From contig JAVECO010000093.1 of NCBI GenBank assembly GCA_051942205.1, forward strand, positions 62,001 to 88,092: 26,092 bases of DNA, given 5' to 3'. Source of the stretch: Coniocarpon cinnabarinum (taxonomy: Eukaryota). The position numbers and the translations under genes were made by a program. The notes beneath the pieces are model-generated. The model ran no database searches. It was not told the origin of the DNA and saw only the letters and a list, made by a program, of their open reading frames with translations. Shown piece after piece: positions 20,052 through 26,092 of the stretch; the stretch's first letter is position 1, and every line of letters begins with the position of its first letter.

Positions 20052-22083
20052 ATGGCGGCCAATCGCGCCCCACAGGTGCGGAAGCTCGCATCTTCCACGT
20101 CACCAGAGCTTACACCAAAATGCTGATGTTTCGACGTGTAGGAGATGGCTGAACGCTCTGAGTAAGTCAAGATGCAAGCAACACAATCGTGAATTGCGTC
20201 GGATCCTGACGAGCCTTGCTCAGGGGAGCCGCTTCACCGTTTTGGCGAACTCGAACAGCGCCACCGTCTCGCGAAACACCAGTGCGAAATGATTCATCAA
20301 AGGTCGTTGGGGCAGCTTATTCGCATACAGACATATTGAAAATGGATTCGCTGTCAGTCGATCGCCACATCCGTTGGACACTTCGCAATGGCTGAAGATG
20401 GACTCTTGCAGATCAATCAGCGGATCAAACTCGAGGCCGAGAACGCCTACTTCACTGTCGTCCGACCGGATAGCAAACACAGGTGCGACTACGCCACCCC
20501 CCAAAGGACGTGTATATCAGTCATCCAACCCACGCCGTGACTACCGGACCTTCATGACAAGCACCTCGAGCAGCCTAAGCTTAAAAGACGACCTTGAAGA
20601 CGATCTTGCTTACGATGATGAAGAGGACGAGTTTGGGTTGCCTAGTCTGGCAAACATGCGACGGAAGAAAAGCAAGCGCAGGCAAAATGGAACCTCAATG
20701 GATTACGCTCAACCTGCGCCACGAGCAGACATGAGCGAAACGTACGCTTCGGCTCCGCGCAAGGTGAATAGTGGCGATATTGCAGAAGAAAGAAACTTAC
20801 CCAGTTATCCCACGACGACGCCATCGACAGGCAAAATCTTAAGACCTCAGTACAAGGACATCTTGAGGGGTGAGAAACTCAAGCTCTGTGTCCTGACCAT
20901 GAACTGACGGATAGCGACAGATCCTGCAAACTTCTTGCATCTGATTCAGCATCCCACTCTTGCACATGGAGCGTCTGTGAAGGAGGCTCAGGACCATTCT
21001 GCGCGAATTACCCGCATTAATAAATTCAAGCGAATTCTACAGTCAAGTTCGATCTCCCTCCCAGAACTACGAGATTCCGCGTGGTCGGGCTTGCCACCTG
21101 AGGTGAGAGCCATGTCATGGCAAGTCTTGCTCGGTTACCTGCCCACAAACAGCGAGCGGCGGGTCGCGACACTCGAGCGCAAGCGCCGAGACTACCAGGA
21201 GGGCGTCAAACAAGCCTTCGGACACAGTGGATTTGCAACGACTCGATCTCACAGTACCGGTGATATCCATTCAGCGCGCGGTTATAAAGGCCGCGATCGT
21301 GGTCTTGAAGAAGCTATATGGCATCAAATTAGTATTGATGTTCCACGGACATGTCCTCATTTGGAGCTGTATTCTTACGAAGCTACGCAAAGATCTCTCG
21401 AACGGATTCTCTATGTTTGGGCTATTCGACATCCTGCCAGTGGCTATGTGCAAGGCATCAATGACCTCGTTACGCCATTCTGGCAAGTATTCCTAGGCAA
21501 CTACATCACAGACCCGAACGTTGATTCCGGTATGGATCCTGGTCAACTACCCCGCCAAGTTTTAGACGCTGTAGAGGCTGATGCGTTCTGGTGCCTTTCA
21601 AAGTTACTGGATGGTATTCAAGATAATTACGTTCATGCGCAGCCCGGAATACAACGTCAAGTGGCTGCGTTGCGAGATCTCACCAAGCGAATAGATGCTG
21701 GCCTGGTTAACCACATGGAAAGCGAGGGCGTTGACTTCATGCAATTCAGTTTTCGATGGATGAACTGTCTGCTGATGCGAGAGGTCAGCGTGAACAATGT
21801 CATACGCATGTGGGACACATATCTGGCCGAGGAGCAAGGCTTTTCGGAATTCCATCTCTACGTGTGCGCCGCATTTCTCGTGAAATGGTCTGATCAGCTT
21901 GTGAAGATGGAATTCCAAGACATCATCACATTTCTGCAAGCACTTCCGACCCGTGACTGGACAGTCAAAGACATAGAGTTATTGCTGAGTGAAGCCTTCA
22001 TTTGGCAGTCTCTGTTTCGAGGCTCGAGCGCACATGTCAAAGACGTTGCCGGCACGCCAGCGATCCCAAGTCTTGGATTTTGA
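20052..22083 (+). CDS. GYP1: Gyp1/TBC1D22-like Rab GTPase-activating protein (TBC domain), ~597 aa. Exons 20052-20075, 20142-20161, 20224-20352, 20412-20869, 20921-22083
   Basis: AWSGLPPEVRAMSWQVLLGYLP, R-finger QISIDVPRT, Q-finger SGYVQGINDL, QFSFRWMNCLLMRE, RMWDTYLAE. The 5' exons join in frame via four introns; the first two short exons are less certain. Confidence 0.93.
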
Positions 22084-22084
22084 G

Positions 22085-23340
22085 TCAATGGTGCATCGTG
22101 AACGCTTTCAGGTTCTCTTCAATTGATGGACTCATCATTGCATCCAAATGCACGAGACCATTGCGCGGCTGGTAAAAGGTCAGCATAATGGTAGCTGCCA
22201 CTCTCATCCAAAAACTCACGGGCGAGTATTGTCGAAGTTTGATGCCGGCTTCGGACAGAACACTTGCAGCCTAGCAGACCTTGTTAACGGTCACTGACTA
22301 CCGGAGAATGTGGATGAACGTACCTGTTTGTCCATATTGTATGCACGACTGAAAATTACTTCAGTGATACCAACCTGAGTTATCTTTACCGTACAAGTAA
22401 GGCACGGACAGCTAGGAAGGTGAGTTAGGGTGTTGCGCTCTGGTCGCAGTCAACTTACGTGTTGCAATAGAGCGTCGCGCCTTCACGAATGCGATCACGT
22501 CCAGCTTCGAGAAGGGCATTCTCCTCAGCATGGATACACAAGCATGTCGCAAGGCTTGCACCACCACCTTGCCCGCCATTACATCTCGAACACCCTCCTT
22601 CATTGCAGTTGGTGACATTGCGCGGTGTGCCATTGTATCCCGTACTGATGACACGCTTGTCACGAACCACGACGCAGCCGACCCGACGCTTCATGCAGTT
22701 ACTCCTCTGAGCGGCAAGGTCAGCTAGCTGCATGAAGTATTGGTCCCACGCCGGCCGCAACCTTTCGTCATCGGAAAGATCGAGAGACTGCAAGGATACC
22801 CAAAGGTGCCTTAGATCGTTCGAAGAGTTCAGCAATCTCAACTGCGCTCTGTCTAGGATCCGAGCAAGTCCGCGTTGAGGCTCGTACATCTGTTCATCGT
22901 TCCGCACCACAAACTCTTCCAGAGAAGGCACCGATGCTTCAGTCGATGGACATCGAGACCTGTAGCGCTTCCAACGTGTTGTTATAGGCGCGTCGACACT
23001 CAGAAGAAGGAAGAATGGCCGGATCAAAAGTTTCTCGACGCCGGCTTCATCAATGGGACTGGTAATGACCCAACGCTGTCGCCACCTGGGAGTGATGAAA
23101 GCCAGCAAATCGTCTACATTTACAAACACGTTTGCAGCTGGCGACTGAGCGGGCTTCAAGTCCTGCGTGGATGATGTATCAGGAGATGACTGTATAGTGA
23201 GGCTCTGGAAGCCCAGCTGTTGCGTAAGATAGGACGCGACGCTGTGCTTGCCGGCACAGATGGCTGCAAGAGGTATAAGTGTCAATTTCAGCCTGGCTCA
23301 CAGGATTGGGAGACTTTCCTCCACAGATGCCAATCAGCAT
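22085..23340 (-). CDS. DCD1: dCMP deaminase with N-terminal P-loop-like domain, ~349 aa. Exons 23340-23319, 23263-22459, 22411-22324, 22270-22220, 22168-22085
   Basis: RPAWDQYFMQLA, RSNCMKRRVGC, STGYNGTP, zinc motifs HAEENA and TCPCLTC; N-terminus MLIGICG|AICAGKH requires a first intron starting GA. Confidence 0.94.
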
Positions 23341-23604
23341 GGTTCCAGATCGTCAAGACTTGCGCGGCGTCCAAATTCTTTTGAATGAACCTAAGAGGTG
23401 CTCCAGTAGATGCACGTGACGACAACTCACGCGTAGGAGACGCGTCTCGCGTGCGTAAGAAGGCACGTGGGGCAGCGGATGACCTCGAGCTAGCTGGCAA
23501 CTTCACAACCACCCATGTTCCGCACAGTCTCCTAGACCATAGCCATACACTGGTGGCGCGGGTCTCTGATCTGGGCAGTCTGGATACTCCTCAGACCATT
23601 CACA
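23341..23604. promoter_or_regulatory. 264-bp divergent DCD1/ATG7 promoter with clustered MCB (ACGCGT) and CACGTG elements
   Basis: ACGCGT at 23429-23434 and 23440-23445, TCGCGT at 23447-23452, CACGTG at 23413-23418 and 23464-23469. Confidence 0.65.
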
Positions 23605-26092
23605 ATGGCCACTGTGCAATTTGCTCCTTGGACTTCGGACATTGAACTGCCCTTTTACTCTGCTCTCGCCTCGCGCAAGATCAACTTTGATAAACTCGAC
23701 GACGCCGCCCGCAAAGTGCTCGGTCGCTATGAAGTCCGTCCAAGTGATCCACCCGAGCGCTCCACCCGCATGCAACTACACGGCAATGCTTTCTCCGCAG
23801 ACGAGTAAGCCTCGAGCTCCACACTCGCAGATGATGCGAAGAAGATGAAAATTGATGCGTGAGACATAGGCCGTCTCTTGACTACTATCGTGCGGAAGGC
23901 ATGCTAAAGAATGTCAATACCATTGAGGATTACAGGGCGCTGAACCACAATGCGACTATTGAACAAGCTGGTAGAACTGTAGGCCAAGCAAGATGAGCAC
24001 ATCGCAACAGCAGAGCGCTGATGCGGCGCCAGATCTGGGATGCGATTGTTGATGGCAGCATATTTTCGTGTCCATCTTTACTCTCGTCATTTTACGTGAT
24101 CTTCTTTGCCGATCTCAAGAAGTACAAATTTACCTACCATTTTGCGTTTCCTGCCCTTCACTCGACTCCGCCCTGGAAGCTAGCAGAAGATAGACTAGAC
24201 GCACGAAAGAAGCTGGAGCCTTCAGAATCGAAAATCCTGTATGATGCAGTGCGGACATGGAGATATTCGGTAGATCCAAGACAACACGGCTTCTTTCTTG
24301 CCAAGCGAGATCGATCGTCAGCATCACAGCAGACTGGTACTCAGCTAGACTCCCCAACAGACACACAAAGATCAGCTGAGACCGCCAATACCGCATCAAT
24401 CGACTTTCAATGGTCAATAGCAGCCCTATCTGCGTACGAGGTCGGATTCTTTAATGCCACAGAGCCCTCTGACCGCTTCATTTGTTTCGCTGACCCCTCT
24501 ACTTATCTGGACAACCCTGGCTGGCCCCTGCGCAACCTCTTAGTCCTCACGCAACACAGATGGCAGCTCCAAGACCTTCAAGTCCTCTGCTACCGAGACA
24601 AACACAACGCGCGAGAACATTCCAATAGCCTTATTCTCCACCTTACCTCAACATCCTCATCATCGAATGGCCCCAAGTCATTGCCCACCATTCCATCGGA
24701 AGTGCAGCTCAAAAATGAACCAATGCCCAAAGTCACAGGCTGGGAGCGAAACCATGCTGGCAAGCTAGCCGCCCGCATCACCGACCTTTCCGCCTACTTG
24801 GATCCCACTAAGCTCGCAGATCAAGCCGTCGACCTCAACCTCAAGCTCATGAAATGGCGGATCGCACCTTCACTCGACCTCGCTACTATCCAGTCCACGA
24901 GGTGTCTTCTGCTCGGAGCAGGGACACTTGGCTCGTATGTCGCACGAAACCTCCTCGGCTGGGGCGTCCGCCATATCACATTTGTCGACAATGGCAAGGT
25001 CAGCTTCTCGAATCCAGTGCGACAGCCTTTATTCACATTTCAAGATTGCACAAATGGCGGGAGACCCAAAGCTGAACGCGCGGCTGAGGCATTGCGTGAG
25101 ATTTATCCTGGCGTCAAGAGTGACGGGTTGTCTTTCAGTGTTCCGATGGCGGGCCATCCGATTATTGACGAGGCAGATGAGGCGCGTGTGAAAAGCGACT
25201 GTACGCGCTTGAAAGACCTCTTTGAGACGCATGACGCTATTTTCCTACTCATGGATACGCGCGAGTCTCGGTGGCTGCCTACAGTCATGGGTAAGAGCAT
25301 GAACAAGGTGGTCTTGAATGCCGCCTTGGGATTTGACACCTACCTCGTTATGCGCCATGGCGTGCGATCGTCCTCATCCATGTCTTCTCCGTCCACCGCC
25401 GCGGACCTGTCTCCACAAGCAAACCCAACAAATGCTCAACCCTCGCCAAAGCCGACCGATGCCGCAACGCAAGCTGAGCCATCCGCAGATTCGAAAACAG
25501 GAACGAGTCCCGATACAGGCACAGAATTAGGCTGCTACTTCTGTACCGACGTCGTCGCTCCAGCCGACTCTGTCCGAGATCAAACATTGGACCAACAATG
25601 CACTGTCACTCGCCCTGGCATCGCGGCCATCGCCTCCGCTCTGACCGTCGAACTTTTTGCCTCAGTGCTTCAGCATCCGCTTCGAGCACGTGCACACGCA
25701 CCAGCGTCCAGGGACGCACCACGTGACATCTTCCTCACTGCCACCACTTCGTCATCATCTTCCTCATCCACTTCGATCTCCGCAGACACGGAAGCCAAAG
25801 AAAAGACACAACATCCCCTCGGTCTCGTCCCCCATACCCTCCGCGGCTTCCTCAGCAATTTCGATACACTTCTCACGTCTGGTCCAGCGTATAGCGCTTG
25901 TTCCGCATGCTCCCCTGCGATCGTTGAGCGGTACGAGAAAGAAGGATGGGACTTTGTGAAGAAAGCGATTTGTGAAAGGGGATGGATTGAGGAGGTGTCT
26001 GGGCTGGCTGAGGTGCAGAGACGGGCAGAAGAAGCGGCCAGGATGTTGGATGAGGAGGAGGAAGAGGAAGAGTTGGATGATGAGGGGGAGGG
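23605..26092 (+). CDS. ATG7: Atg7 E1-like autophagy enzyme, 3'-partial (stop just beyond the window). Exons 23605-23804, 23870-23978, 24033->26092
   Basis: [58 protein letters not shown] (24915), LGCYFC, catalytic [10 protein letters not shown] (Cys 25599-25601), CSAC. Exon 3 has no stop within the window, so it is absent from the ORF track. Confidence 0.97.

Noticed and set aside
226..26092. Numerous antisense and alternative-frame ORFs overlapping the real genes
   Set aside because: Shadow ORFs expected from codon bias in GC-rich coding DNA; none carries an independent motif.
1..26092. Mobile elements, CRISPR arrays, tRNA/rRNA, secondary-metabolite cluster
   Set aside because: No transposase/RT ORFs, terminal repeats, RIP-like AT-rich blocks, spaced direct repeats, cloverleaf or PKS/NRPS genes were seen; gene content is housekeeping.

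Overview
Gene-dense genomic DNA from a filamentous ascomycete fungus (inferred from short GT..AG introns with CTRAY branch sites and from gene content). Ten spliced protein-coding genes can be reconstructed: a sedolisin/S53 protease (5'-truncated), an aquaglyceroporin, a DDHD phospholipase A1, fimbrin, a PaaI/hotdog thioesterase, MPE1, HRP1, GYP1, dCMP deaminase and ATG7 (3'-truncated). No transposon, tRNA, rRNA or CRISPR is supported. The notable signals are non-coding. (1) A ~1.1 kb heavily base-paired intergenic element (~2520-3650) has a template-like repeat, a pseudoknot-like module, a P6.1-like hairpin and a terminal 5' splice site; it is a candidate telomerase RNA implying a non-TTAGGG telomere repeat. 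(2) A 1197-nt HRP1 intron has complementary CAG/CTG tracts at its two ends, upstream of a weak AAG acceptor and a 41-nt exon. (3) DCD1 has an apparent non-canonical GA-AG intron. (4) The GYP1 and DCD1 stop codons are 1 bp apart. All RNA pairings and splice models were derived by eye and are not computationally validated.
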